Source: a virus (lineage: Duplodnaviria > Caudoviricetes). Taken from it: a DNA stretch of 30,649 nt. The notes below the pieces were generated by a model, which was given only the letters and a program-made list of their open reading frames with translations, was not told the DNA's origin and ran no database searches. Position 1 is the first letter of the stretch, and each line of letters starts with the position of its first letter. Shown piece by piece: positions 9,718-18,321 of this stretch. The DNA lies in the IMG/VR virus record IMGVR_UViG_3300006735_000134, positions 1 through 30,649 of that record. One strand, given 5' to 3'. Position numbers and translations under genes: made by a program.

Positions 9718-9854
9718 AAAGAAGAAAGGACGCTACATTAAGCCATTCTTCCCCTCGATCTTCTTCAAGAGGGTGTCTATGTCCTGATGGTAGAACTTAT
9801 CACAAAAAATGTTGTGATGGTACATTAGAAGCACAGGGTATAGGTAAGGTTTGA
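9714..9854 (+). CDS. Small Cys-rich protein (46 aa), not in the ORF track
   Basis: MKRRKDATLSHSSPRSSSRGCLCPDGRTYHKKCCDGTLEAQGIGKV; the CxC...CCDG...QGIG motif is one I recall from the head module of related phages. Confidence 0.7.
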   Translation: MKRRKDATLSHSSPRSSSRGCLCPDGRTYHKKCCDGTLEAQGIGKV

Positions 9855-9860
9855 AATTAA

Positions 9861-9885
9861 AACAATAATATTTACTTAAGTTATA
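9861..9885 (+). promoter_or_regulatory. Candidate late (ECF-type) promoter AACA-N15-GTTATA
   Basis: AACA at 9861-9864 and GTTATA at 9880-9885, upstream of the scaffold/capsid genes. Confidence 0.6.
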
Positions 9886-9903
9886 CTATAAATTCTTAAT
9901 CTT

Positions 9904-10428
9904 ATGAGAGCAAGTGAAATAGTAAATAAACTTAAAGATGTCCTTTTATCATCAACTGAAGTAGAAAAAGTTGAAGAAACTAATATCGAAAAAGAAGTTG
10001 AATTAAAGGAATCAACACCTAAATCTAAAAAAGAGGTGGAATCAAAAAGCGTTTCAGAAAACGCAAATGATGAAACTCAAAAGCAAGAAGATGACATTAG
10101 AGAAGTGTCTTATTCTGCTGAAGAGGTACTAGCTGAAAATCCTATGGAAGATACTCAAGAAGAAATTATTGAGGAAGCACCTAAATATGCAACAATAGAA
10201 GAAGTTGCAGAGATTAAAGCTATGGTTGAAAAACTAAGAGGAATGGTTGAAGCAAAAGAAGAAACAAGTCCTGAAGTTCCACAAGAACTTTCTAGTGATG
10301 AAGTTACTGAACCTTTAGCACATTCTCCTGAAAATGAAGTAAGTGAAAAATTAGGTATTAGATATTCAACTAATGCAAGACAAAACACAACTTACTCAAG
10401 AGTATTAAACGCAATATCTAATAATTAA
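9904..10428 (+). CDS. Capsid scaffolding protein
   Basis: 174 aa, extremely Glu-rich, between protease and capsid, ending 'PLAHSPE...TYSRVLNAISNN'. Confidence 0.7.
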   Translation: MRASEIVNKLKDVLLSSTEVEKVEETNIEKEVELKESTPKSKKEVESKSVSENANDETQKQEDDIREVSYSAEEVLAENPMEDTQEEIIEEAPKYATIEEVAEIKAMVEKLRGMVEAKEETSPEVPQELSSDEVTEPLAHSPENEVSEKLGIRYSTNARQNTTYSRVLNAISNN

Positions 10429-10882
10429 TCAAATTTTAAAATTATGTCTACGACAATAACAACTTCGAATGATGTATTGAGAGCAAGATCAAAACAAACA
10501 ACTCTTACTGCATCTCAAAGCGTAACAGCTAATCAAGCAGGTGGTGAATTTAACATTGCGACTGACGCATTAGTTATAACATTACCTGAGATCAACGCCA
10601 ATAATATTGGTATGGAATTCACATTCAGAAACACTGGAGCTGATGGTAATAACATTATTACTTTATCTCCTGCTGCAGCTGATGGTATAAATGGAAGTAT
10701 CGCAAATGCAGCTGCTGATTCAGTAGCTAGTGGTACAGCTAACAAAGACTGGGTTAACACAAAAGCTACAGCAAACAAAGGTGACTGGTGTACAATTAAA
10801 GCTATATCTACAACTACTTGGTATGTAACAGGTGGAGTAGGTATTTGGGCATCAGAAGCATAATCTAATATTAATCAAATTT
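10416..10882 (+). repeat. About 20-bp direct repeat flanking the 139-aa gene
   Basis: ATCTAATAATTAATCAAATTT (10416-10436) versus ATCTAATATTAATCAAATTT (10863-10882); one indel. Confidence 0.6.
10444..10863 (+). CDS. Probable capsid decoration/auxiliary structural protein
   Basis: 139 aa, Ala/Thr/Asn-rich beta-type sequence ('ITLP...GMEFTF...WYVTGGVGIW') between scaffold and major capsid genes. Confidence 0.55.
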   Translation: MSTTITTSNDVLRARSKQTTLTASQSVTANQAGGEFNIATDALVITLPEINANNIGMEFTFRNTGADGNNIITLSPAAADGINGSIANAAADSVASGTANKDWVNTKATANKGDWCTIKAISTTTWYVTGGVGIWASEA

Positions 10883-10894
10883 AATTCGTAAAAA

Positions 10895-11818
10895 ATGGCG
10901 ACAACAAATAATTTAACGACAACTTATTCTGGTGAATTCGCAGGCAAATATGTTTCTGCAGCTTTATTATCAGGTAAGACTTTGGCAGAGGGTAATATAT
11001 CTATCAAGCCAAACATCAAGTACAAAGAAGTAATGAAAAAAGTATCTACAAATGACATCGTAAAAGATGCGTCTTGTGACTTTGATCCAACTTCAACATT
11101 AACTCTTACTGAGAGAATTCTTACTCCAGAAGAGTTTCAAGTTAACTTACAACTATGTAAGAAAGACTTTAGAGCAGATTGGGAAGCAGTGCAAATGGGA
11201 TATTCTGCATTTGACAACTTGCCACCATCTTTTTCTGACTTTTTAATTGCTCACGTAGCAGATAAGGTAGCACAAAAAATGGAACAAAACATTTGGAATG
11301 GTACTAACGCTAACGCTGGTGAGTTTGATGGATTCAAAACTACATTATTAGCAGATGCAGACGTAGTTGACGTAGGTGCTGGTGCAGTTACTTCAGCAAA
11401 CGTAATTACTGAACTAGGTAAAATTGTAGATGCAGTTCCAAGCGCAGTTTATGGATCTGAAGATTTGTTTGTATATGTATCAAACAATATTTATAGAGCA
11501 TATGTAAGAGCATTAGGTGGTTTTGCATCTAATGTAGGTGCTGCTGGTACTGACAACAAAGGTACACAATGGTTCAATGGTGGTGCATTAACATTTGATG
11601 GTATCAATATGGTTATGGCACCTGGTTTAGCTTCTAACACAGCGGTAGCTGCTGAAAAAGGTAACTTATTCTTCGGTTGTGGTTTATTAAATGACCAAAA
11701 CGAAGTTAAGGTAATCGATATGGCAGATATTGATGGAAGCCAAAACGTAAGAGTAGTAATGAGATTTACAGCGGGTATACAACACGCTATTGGATCTGAC
11801 ATCGTTCTTTACTCTTAA
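10895..11818 (+). CDS. Major capsid protein
   Basis: 307 aa, 'TTYSGEFAGKYVSAALLSG...LTERILTPEEFQVNLQLCKKDF...DMADIDGSQNVRVVMRF'. It follows protease and scaffold, has biased codons (TTC, AAC, GAC) and is followed by a terminator. Confidence 0.88.
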   Translation: MATTNNLTTTYSGEFAGKYVSAALLSGKTLAEGNISIKPNIKYKEVMKKVSTNDIVKDASCDFDPTSTLTLTERILTPEEFQVNLQLCKKDFRADWEAVQMGYSAFDNLPPSFSDFLIAHVADKVAQKMEQNIWNGTNANAGEFDGFKTTLLADADVVDVGAGAVTSANVITELGKIVDAVPSAVYGSEDLFVYVSNNIYRAYVRALGGFASNVGAAGTDNKGTQWFNGGALTFDGINMVMAPGLASNTAVAAEKGNLFFGCGLLNDQNEVKVIDMADIDGSQNVRVVMRFTAGIQHAIGSDIVLYS

Positions 11819-11841
11819 TAAATAAATTGTATAACTCAAAG

Positions 11842-11877
11842 AAAGGTAGGGGGGATTATCTTACCTACCTTTTTTTA
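11842..11877 (+). terminator. Rho-independent terminator after the capsid gene
   Basis: AAAGGTAGG...CCTACCTTT stem followed by a T-run. Confidence 0.85.
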
Positions 11878-11892
11878 TAAAAAATAATAATT

Positions 11893-12462
11893 ATGGCTTG
11901 TGATTTAACACTTGGAAGAAAAGAACCTTGTAAAGACGTAGTTGGTGGAATAAAAAATGTTTATTTTGTTGACTTTAGTAAATTAGGTACTGTGACTCTT
12001 ACGAATGACGAGATAACTAATATGACCGGTACTGCTGGTGCATTAACTTATTTTGTATATGAAGTAAAAGGAAATTCATCATTAGAACAAACCGTGAACT
12101 CTTCAAGAGAAAATGGTACTACTTTCTATGAGCAAACATTGAACTTAACACTTAAAAAGTTATCTAAAGCTGATAACAAAGAGTTAAAGTTAATGGCTTA
12201 TGGTAGACCACATATTGCTGTTGAAGATTACAATGGTAACTTTATGATGATGGGATTAGTTAATGGAGCTGACGTAAGTGGTGGTACAATTGTTACTGGT
12301 GCTGCAATGGGAGACTTAAGTGGTTATACACTTACTTTCACAGCTCAAGAAACTTTACCAGCTGTGTTTATGGCACATACTGCTGGTCAATTCGTGTTTA
12401 ACTCAACTGATTTCGCTGGGTTAAGTGGTACAATAACTAGAACAGTAGGATCAAACTCTTAA
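11893..12462 (+). CDS. Major tail (tube) protein
   Basis: 189 aa, 'MACDLTLGRKEPCKDVVGGIKNVYF...SRENGTTFYEQTL...GAAMGDLSGYTLTF'; bracketed by terminators. Confidence 0.75.
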   Translation: MACDLTLGRKEPCKDVVGGIKNVYFVDFSKLGTVTLTNDEITNMTGTAGALTYFVYEVKGNSSLEQTVNSSRENGTTFYEQTLNLTLKKLSKADNKELKLMAYGRPHIAVEDYNGNFMMMGLVNGADVSGGTIVTGAAMGDLSGYTLTFTAQETLPAVFMAHTAGQFVFNSTDFAGLSGTITRTVGSNS

Positions 12463-12485
12463 TAGAGTGTTTTTTTCTTAATACG

Positions 12486-12518
12486 AAAGAGGGGATCAAT
12501 TTGATCCTCTTTTTTTTT
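12486..12518 (+). terminator. Rho-independent terminator
   Basis: AGGGGATCA-ATT-TGATCCTCT hairpin followed by a T-run. Confidence 0.85.
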
Positions 12519-12546
12519 GGAACAATATGATACAATTTTAGTTATA
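12519..12546 (+). promoter_or_regulatory. Candidate late (ECF-type) promoter GGAACA-N16-GTTATA
   Basis: Directly after the terminator; AACA at 12521-12524, GTTATA at 12541-12546, ATG at 12552. Confidence 0.6.
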
Positions 12547-12551
12547 TACTT

Positions 12552-12914
12552 ATGACAACATTATTGCCAAACACAAACGCACAAACTATTAGCATTATAC
12601 CAAGATCATATATAGTTGCTAGTAATTTAACGTTAAAGATAGTAGAAGATGGAACTAAGAAAAATCAAACGTTAAGTAATATAACAAGTGCGTTATCTTC
12701 TAATGGTAATTTCTTAAATATGTCTTGCACGTTTAGTATCTTAGCTGAAGATGGTAACTATTCATTTGAGATAAAACAAGGATCAACTCTTATTTATAGA
12801 GGTAAAGCATATGCAACAAGTCAAGTGAATTATACTACTAGTCATACATTAAATCAAAGTAAATATGATGAGTTTGATTCTGAAACAACTGAACAACAAT
12901 ATATAGTAATATGA
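12552..12914 (+). CDS. Hypothetical structural (neck/head-associated) protein
   Basis: 120 aa with a 'LIYRGK' motif, immediately upstream of and overlapping the portal gene. Confidence 0.5.
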   Translation: MTTLLPNTNAQTISIIPRSYIVASNLTLKIVEDGTKKNQTLSNITSALSSNGNFLNMSCTFSILAEDGNYSFEIKQGSTLIYRGKAYATSQVNYTTSHTLNQSKYDEFDSETTEQQYIVI

Positions 12915-14650
12915 GTAAAAATTTAAAGATAATCAATTTAGCAGGGTATGAAGTACCTAAAGTAATTGAAAGTAAAAGACATAATTGGGTTGAGTATGGA
13001 GAAAATAACGCATACTTTGATGAGATTATAGAAAGATATTTAGGTAGTGCAACTAACTCAAGGTGTGTCAATGGTATTGTCGATATGATATATGGTAGAG
13101 GGTTAGATGCAACTGATTCACAAGAAAAGGCAGAGATGTTTGGTAAAATGCAGGCGATACTAAAACCTGACCAATTAAAGAGAATAGTAAATGATTTAAA
13201 ACTTTTAGGTCAAGCATCTATACAAGTTACTTATGACAAAAGAAAAACTCAGATCAATGGAATTTATCACTTTCCTACTGAAACACTTAGAGCTGAGAAA
13301 GCAAAAGATGGCAAGATAAAAGCATATTATTATCACCCTAAATGGACTGATATAAAACCTAGTGATAAACCAAAAAGAATACCAGCATTTGGTTTTGGTA
13401 AAAAAAGTGAATTAGTTGAAATATATTGTGTAAAACCTTATAGACCTGGTTTTTATTATTATTCACCAGTCGATTATCAAGGTTGTTTGCAATATTGTAA
13501 TTTAGAAGAAGAGGTATCTAACTACCATATAAACAACATTAAGAATGGTTTACAACCATCTATGTTATTAAACTTTAATAATGGTGTTCCTGGTGATGAA
13601 GCACAAGAAATAATAGAAAGAAAGATATATGATAAATTTAGTGGATCATCAAATGCAGGTAGATTTATATTAGCATTCAACGAAGATGCAGAAACACAAG
13701 CATCAGTAGAACCAATAAACCTACCAGACGCACACGCACAATATGATTTCTTAGCAAAAGAATCGAGAGAAAAAATTATGATTGGTCACGGAGTTGTTTC
13801 ACCTATATTATTAGGTATAAAAGATAACACTGGTTTTGGTAACAATGCAGAAGAATTAAGAACAGCTTCTATATTAATGGACAACATCGTTATACGACCA
13901 TTTCAAGCACTTTTAATAGACTCTCTTAAGACTATTTTATCTTTTAATGAAATATATCTAAACTTATATTTTGTAACGTTACAACCTATTGAATTTACTG
14001 AGTTAGATAATATAGCAACTAAGATTAAAAGAGAAGAAGAAACAGGAGAAAAGTTGTCTAGTGAGGAAAAATTAGAGATGAATGATGACGAAGCTGATGA
14101 TCTATTGAATCAATTAGAGTCATTAGGAGAAAAAATAGATGATAATGAATGGGAACTAGTTCATCAAGAAGTAGTAGAAGATTCAGATCAAGACTTTGAT
14201 TTAGAGAACTTTTCTAATCAAGCTAGTAAATCTGATGCAAATCCTAATAAAGAATCATATCAAGATAGTGCAACATTTAAAGTAAGATATTCATATACAC
14301 CAATAAAAAAATCTATAAATAGTAGAAAGTTTTGTATTAGTATGGAAAACTTAGCTGAACAAGGTGTTGTATTTAGAAAAGAAGATATAACAATGATGTC
14401 TTTTAGAGGACTTAATAAAGAATTAGGTCATAAAGGTCAAAGATATAGTTTGTTTAAATATAAAGGGGGTGTAAATTGTCAACACAAATTTATGTTAAAC
14501 GTATATAAAAAGAGAGTAAAACAAGGAGATAAAGTGTCAATTGGAGATGCAAAAAAAGATGGGTTTAAAGAGCCAACAAATCCAAAAGAATATGCAATTG
14601 CACCAAAAGATATGCCGAATAGAGGACATCACCCAAATTATAATAAATAA
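12911..14650 (+). CDS. Portal protein with C-terminal extension
   Basis: 579 aa, 'WVEYGENN...YYYSPVDYQG...NNIKNGLQPS...KFSGSSNAGRFILAFN...GFGNNAEEL'; extra C-terminal domain 'SRKFC...YSLFKYKGGVNCQH'. Confidence 0.85.
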   Translation: MSKNLKIINLAGYEVPKVIESKRHNWVEYGENNAYFDEIIERYLGSATNSRCVNGIVDMIYGRGLDATDSQEKAEMFGKMQAILKPDQLKRIVNDLKLLGQASIQVTYDKRKTQINGIYHFPTETLRAEKAKDGKIKAYYYHPKWTDIKPSDKPKRIPAFGFGKKSELVEIYCVKPYRPGFYYYSPVDYQGCLQYCNLEEEVSNYHINNIKNGLQPSMLLNFNNGVPGDEAQEIIERKIYDKFSGSSNAGRFILAFNEDAETQASVEPINLPDAHAQYDFLAKESREKIMIGHGVVSPILLGIKDNTGFGNNAEELRTASILMDNIVIRPFQALLIDSLKTILSFNEIYLNLYFVTLQPIEFTELDNIATKIKREEETGEKLSSEEKLEMNDDEADDLLNQLESLGEKIDDNEWELVHQEVVEDSDQDFDLENFSNQASKSDANPNKESYQDSATFKVRYSYTPIKKSINSRKFCISMENLAEQGVVFRKEDITMMSFRGLNKELGHKGQRYSLFKYKGGVNCQHKFMLNVYKKRVKQGDKVSIGDAKKDGFKEPTNPKEYAIAPKDMPNRGHHPNYNK

Positions 14651-15147
14651 TGAAAGCACTATTTATAACATTAAAAGAATTAAAAAGGAAGTCTATTATA
14701 GATGGTAATGTAGACCAAGATAAGTTAATACAATTTGTAGAAGTTGCACAAGACACCTACATACAAACACAACTTGGAACAAAGTTATATGATAGATTGC
14801 AATTTGAAGTAATTAATGACTCGTTAACAACTGTGAATCAAACATTAATTGATGATTACCTAAAACCTATGTTAGTTTGGTATTCTCAAGCTACACTAAT
14901 CCCATACATTGCTTTTCAAATTAGTAATGGTGGTATTTACAAGCATAGATCTGAAAATTCAGATAGTGCTTCTTTAAGAGAAATAGATAGTTTAGCTGAT
15001 GATGCAAAGCAAAAAGCAGAGTTTTACACTCAAAGATTTTTAGGTTATATGAATGAAAATAGTGAATCATACCCACTATATACAGCAGCACAAGAGGGTG
15101 GTATGTACCCTGAGAGAGATCAAAACTTAACAGGTTGGGTATTATAA
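14650..15147 (+). CDS. Head-tail adaptor/connector protein
   Basis: 165 aa directly after the portal; 'IDGNVDQDKL...AQD..IQ..LGT.LY' helical adaptor-like motif. Confidence 0.65.
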   Translation: MKALFITLKELKRKSIIDGNVDQDKLIQFVEVAQDTYIQTQLGTKLYDRLQFEVINDSLTTVNQTLIDDYLKPMLVWYSQATLIPYIAFQISNGGIYKHRSENSDSASLREIDSLADDAKQKAEFYTQRFLGYMNENSESYPLYTAAQEGGMYPERDQNLTGWVL

Positions 15148-15263
15148 TGAAAAGAGGTAAATACGTTAAACATCATAATAAGACAAAAAAGCAGAACGAA
15201 ATTAAATTAATGAGTTATATTAAAAAGATAAAAGATGGCATTTGGATCAATATACGAAAGTAG
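15147..15263 (+). CDS. Small basic hypothetical protein (38 aa), not in the ORF track
   Basis: MKRGKYVKHHNKTKKQNEIKLMSYIKKIKDGIWINIRK; TAATG-coupled to the adaptor gene. Confidence 0.5.
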   Translation: MKRGKYVKHHNKTKKQNEIKLMSYIKKIKDGIWINIRK

Positions 15264-15402
15264 TTTTTTTGGTAATACAAATGAAACAAATGGTTGGGGT
15301 GCAATATACCCATTTGATGCAGATGGTTCTTTTTTACGAGTAGATACAACTTTAGAACTAGTTGATGATACAAGTATAACAGTAGATAAAACAATATATT
15401 AA
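15235..15402 (+). CDS. Small virion protein (55 aa), possible fibre anchor; not in the ORF track
   Basis: MAFGSIYESSFFGNTNETNGWGAIYPFDADGSFLRVDTTLELVDDTSITVDKTIY; its C-terminus resembles that of the 993-aa tail protein. Confidence 0.65.
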   Translation: MAFGSIYESSFFGNTNETNGWGAIYPFDADGSFLRVDTTLELVDDTSITVDKTIY

Positions 15403-15412
15403 AAATTAAGCA

Positions 15413-16489
15413 ATGGCAAAAACAGTAATAAACGTTGGTACTAGTGCAAATGATGGAACAGGTGATCCATTAAGAACCGCAATGCAATCAACAAACTCAA
15501 ACTTCAATGAAGTATATACGCTATTTGGTAATGGTTCTACGTTAGCATTAAGTGGTGACGTTAGTGTTAGTGGTGGTACTGCTACAATTGGTAGTGGTGC
15601 TGTGACAAGTGCAAAAATTGCAAACGATACTATTGCATTAACAAATTTAGCTGATATAAAAATTAACGATACAACTGATGTTATATATACAAACATAGCA
15701 ATTACAGTTGTAAATCCTGGTTCAGGAAATAAATATTATTATGATGGTGCTAATCAAGTAATAACATTATCTAAAGGTCAAACATATAGATTTGACCAAA
15801 GTGATAATTCTAATGCAACTCACCCATTAAGATTTAGTACAACTCAAGGTGGTACACATAGTGGGGGATCAGCTTATTCAACTAATGTAACAGTTGTTGG
15901 AACTCCTGGTAATGCTGGTGCATATACACAAATAACAACAGAGCAAGATACACCAACATTATACACTTATTGTACAGCTCATAGTGGTATGGGTAACACA
16001 GTAAGTTATGGTGCTTCATTAGATTCAAGAGGTCTAGTATCACAAATAGGATTAGATACAAATGATTATATCACAGTTTTATCAGACAAAATTAGTTTCT
16101 TTATTGATGGTAGCGAAGATATGCGATTACAAGATAGTGGTACTTTACAAGTAGAGGGAGATGTGGTAGCATATTCTACAGTAATATCTTCTGATGAAAA
16201 ATTAAAAGATAATGTAGAAACTATTGATAGTGCATTAGATAAAGTAAAACAATTAAAAGGTGTAACATTTAATTATAAATCTAATGGAAAAGCTAGTGGT
16301 GGTATTATAGCACAAGATGTAGAAAAAGTATTACCATCATTAATAAAAGAACAAAACACACTTGATGGATCTGATACATTTAAAACTGTAGATTATAATG
16401 GTCTAGTTGGTTTGTTAATTGAATCAGTAAAAGAATTATCTAGTAGATTAGATAAGTGTGAGTGTAAAAAAGAATGTAAAAATAATTAA
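15413..16489 (+). CDS. Fibre protein: T4 gp9/gp10-like N-terminus, cupredoxin-like domain, peptidase S74 intramolecular chaperone
   Basis: Starts 'MAKTVINVGTSANDGTGDPLRTAM'; contains 'HPLRFS...LYTYCTAHSGMG'; ends 'SDEKLKDNV...LKGVTFNYK...GIIAQDVEKVLP...VDYNGLVGLLIESVKEL' (S74 signature). Confidence 0.85.
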   Translation: MAKTVINVGTSANDGTGDPLRTAMQSTNSNFNEVYTLFGNGSTLALSGDVSVSGGTATIGSGAVTSAKIANDTIALTNLADIKINDTTDVIYTNIAITVVNPGSGNKYYYDGANQVITLSKGQTYRFDQSDNSNATHPLRFSTTQGGTHSGGSAYSTNVTVVGTPGNAGAYTQITTEQDTPTLYTYCTAHSGMGNTVSYGASLDSRGLVSQIGLDTNDYITVLSDKISFFIDGSEDMRLQDSGTLQVEGDVVAYSTVISSDEKLKDNVETIDSALDKVKQLKGVTFNYKSNGKASGGIIAQDVEKVLPSLIKEQNTLDGSDTFKTVDYNGLVGLLIESVKELSSRLDKCECKKECKNN

Positions 16490-16491
16490 TT

Positions 16492-16968
16492 ATGGCTTTA
16501 CAAGGTAAAATAACAAGGTATAAAATGATTGAAGATACTGATGCTGAAATGATTGAAGAAACAAGAACTTATGTAGATGACATTCCAGAAGATCACGAAG
16601 ATTACGATAAAAGAGGAACAACTGAAACTGTAATGGTTTATCCAAAAACACAAGTAATTGATGAAGATAGAACTTATGATGACGCTTATTTAAAGATAAG
16701 AGCTTGTGGATTTCATCAAACACCTAAAGTTCATCACCCTACAACTGGTGATACTGAAAAAACTTTTTATCTAAATATTTTATATGATATTTATAGAAGT
16801 AAAGAACACGCTGATTTTGATAGTGGAAATCCAGTTGAATTTTTAGATTGGTCAGAAATGGAACCGATAGATTTAGATTCGGAAGAGTTTACATCTCAAA
16901 ATATAATGCAATATGCTTACGAAGTTTTAAATTCACAACAAGAGTATCTTGAAATGAATGCAGTTTAA
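16492..16968 (+). CDS. Acidic hypothetical protein, possible fibre assembly factor
   Basis: 158 aa, Asp/Glu-rich, between two fibre-like genes; function inferred from position only. Confidence 0.45.
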   Translation: MALQGKITRYKMIEDTDAEMIEETRTYVDDIPEDHEDYDKRGTTETVMVYPKTQVIDEDRTYDDAYLKIRACGFHQTPKVHHPTTGDTEKTFYLNILYDIYRSKEHADFDSGNPVEFLDWSEMEPIDLDSEEFTSQNIMQYAYEVLNSQQEYLEMNAV

Positions 16969-16987
16969 CAAAATAAATTAAATAATT

Positions 16988-18310
16988 ATGGCAGTACCTA
17001 GTTCAGGGGCTTTAAGATTAAGAGGAGATATAGCACTAGAAGTTGATGGAAGTGCAACAGGAACAGATGTTTCTTTAGGAACGTTATCAAATAGTGCTGG
17101 TTTTACAGAACCTGATACTATGAGTGAATTCTATGGTTACTCAAGTGTTTCTGCACCAAGTGTAACTACAAGTGCAGCAACAAGTGTTACAGCTTCTAGT
17201 TTTACAGCTAATGGAAATGCTACTAGTGATAATGGTGCTAGTATAACTGATAGAGGTTTTTATATAGGTACAGATTCTAATTATGCTAACAATACAAAAA
17301 CAAGTGTTGGTGGTAGTGGAACTGGAACTTTTACTTTAAATAAAACTGGTTTAACATACAATCAAACTTATTATATTACAGCTTATGCAACTAATTCAAT
17401 AGGAGAGGGTAGAGGATCAACAATTACACAAAACACAGCAAATGCAACAGCACCAAGTGTTAATACAAATTCTAATTCAAGTGTAAGTGTAACTTCAATG
17501 GTTGCTAATGGTAATGTTACATCTGATGGTGGTGCTACCATAACGTCAAGAGGATTTTATTTTGGTACAAGTAGTAATTATGCAAATAATGGTAAATACA
17601 CAGTAAGTGGTACAACTGGTTCTTTTAATAGAACAATGAGTGGATTAAATCAATCAACAACATATTATGCAACAGCATTTGCTGTTAACGCAGTTGGAGA
17701 ATCAAGAGGTGGTACACAAAGTTCAACAACATCAACACCAATTAACTATTCAGTAAGTACACAAGGTGGTTATCACGAATTTGAAGTTATAGGTGGTTCA
17801 TCTGTTGTTCATTCACAATATTATTCTACTCAATATGATAGAAGTCAATATAATCATTCTCAATTAGGTTGGACTACATTTGGAAATTGTGATAAAGGAA
17901 GTTCAAGTGGAAGTGGTGTACAAAATTGTAATTATGAAGTAATGACTCAAGGAAATAGAATGAAAGTAAATAATATTCGGGCACATTATTCAGGTTCTTA
18001 TGTTGCTGTAAGAGGTTATATAAGAGTTTATAAATATTATTATAATTCAAATAATACTGAAACTGCTAGAACAATACAAAGAATTAATCCAGGTGGTTGG
18101 AATTTAGGTTCTTGGAATAGTGGTAATGTTGTATCAAATAATTCTTGTGATAATTGTTATTATCCAGGAAGTGGTACAAGTTCATCTTTCAATTATAATG
18201 TAAATGGAACAAGTTATATGGATTGTAATAGAGGTGTTTATCAAACAGCCGTAACACCTTGTGCAGCTTGGGGTGCAACATCTAATCAATATAATGCAAG
18301 TGGTGGTTAA
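16988..18310 (+). CDS. Virion surface/receptor-binding protein with two fibronectin-III-like repeats
   Basis: N-terminal 'MAVPSSGALRL...MSEFYG' adaptor motif; tandem ~98-aa repeats 'APSV.T...ANGN.TSD.GA.IT.RGFY.GT...GL....YY.TA.A.N..GE.RG'; Tyr/Asn/Cys-rich C-terminal domain. Confidence 0.75.
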   Translation: MAVPSSGALRLRGDIALEVDGSATGTDVSLGTLSNSAGFTEPDTMSEFYGYSSVSAPSVTTSAATSVTASSFTANGNATSDNGASITDRGFYIGTDSNYANNTKTSVGGSGTGTFTLNKTGLTYNQTYYITAYATNSIGEGRGSTITQNTANATAPSVNTNSNSSVSVTSMVANGNVTSDGGATITSRGFYFGTSSNYANNGKYTVSGTTGSFNRTMSGLNQSTTYYATAFAVNAVGESRGGTQSSTTSTPINYSVSTQGGYHEFEVIGGSSVVHSQYYSTQYDRSQYNHSQLGWTTFGNCDKGSSSGSGVQNCNYEVMTQGNRMKVNNIRAHYSGSYVAVRGYIRVYKYYYNSNNTETARTIQRINPGGWNLGSWNSGNVVSNNSCDNCYYPGSGTSSSFNYNVNGTSYMDCNRGVYQTAVTPCAAWGATSNQYNASGG

Positions 18311-18321
18311 AATTTAATATT

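Noticed and set aside
16988-18310. Diversity-generating retroelement target (AAT-rich C-terminus)
   Set aside because: No reverse transcriptase and no template/variable repeat pair differing at adenines were seen in the window; the internal repeats are ordinary FN3-like duplications.
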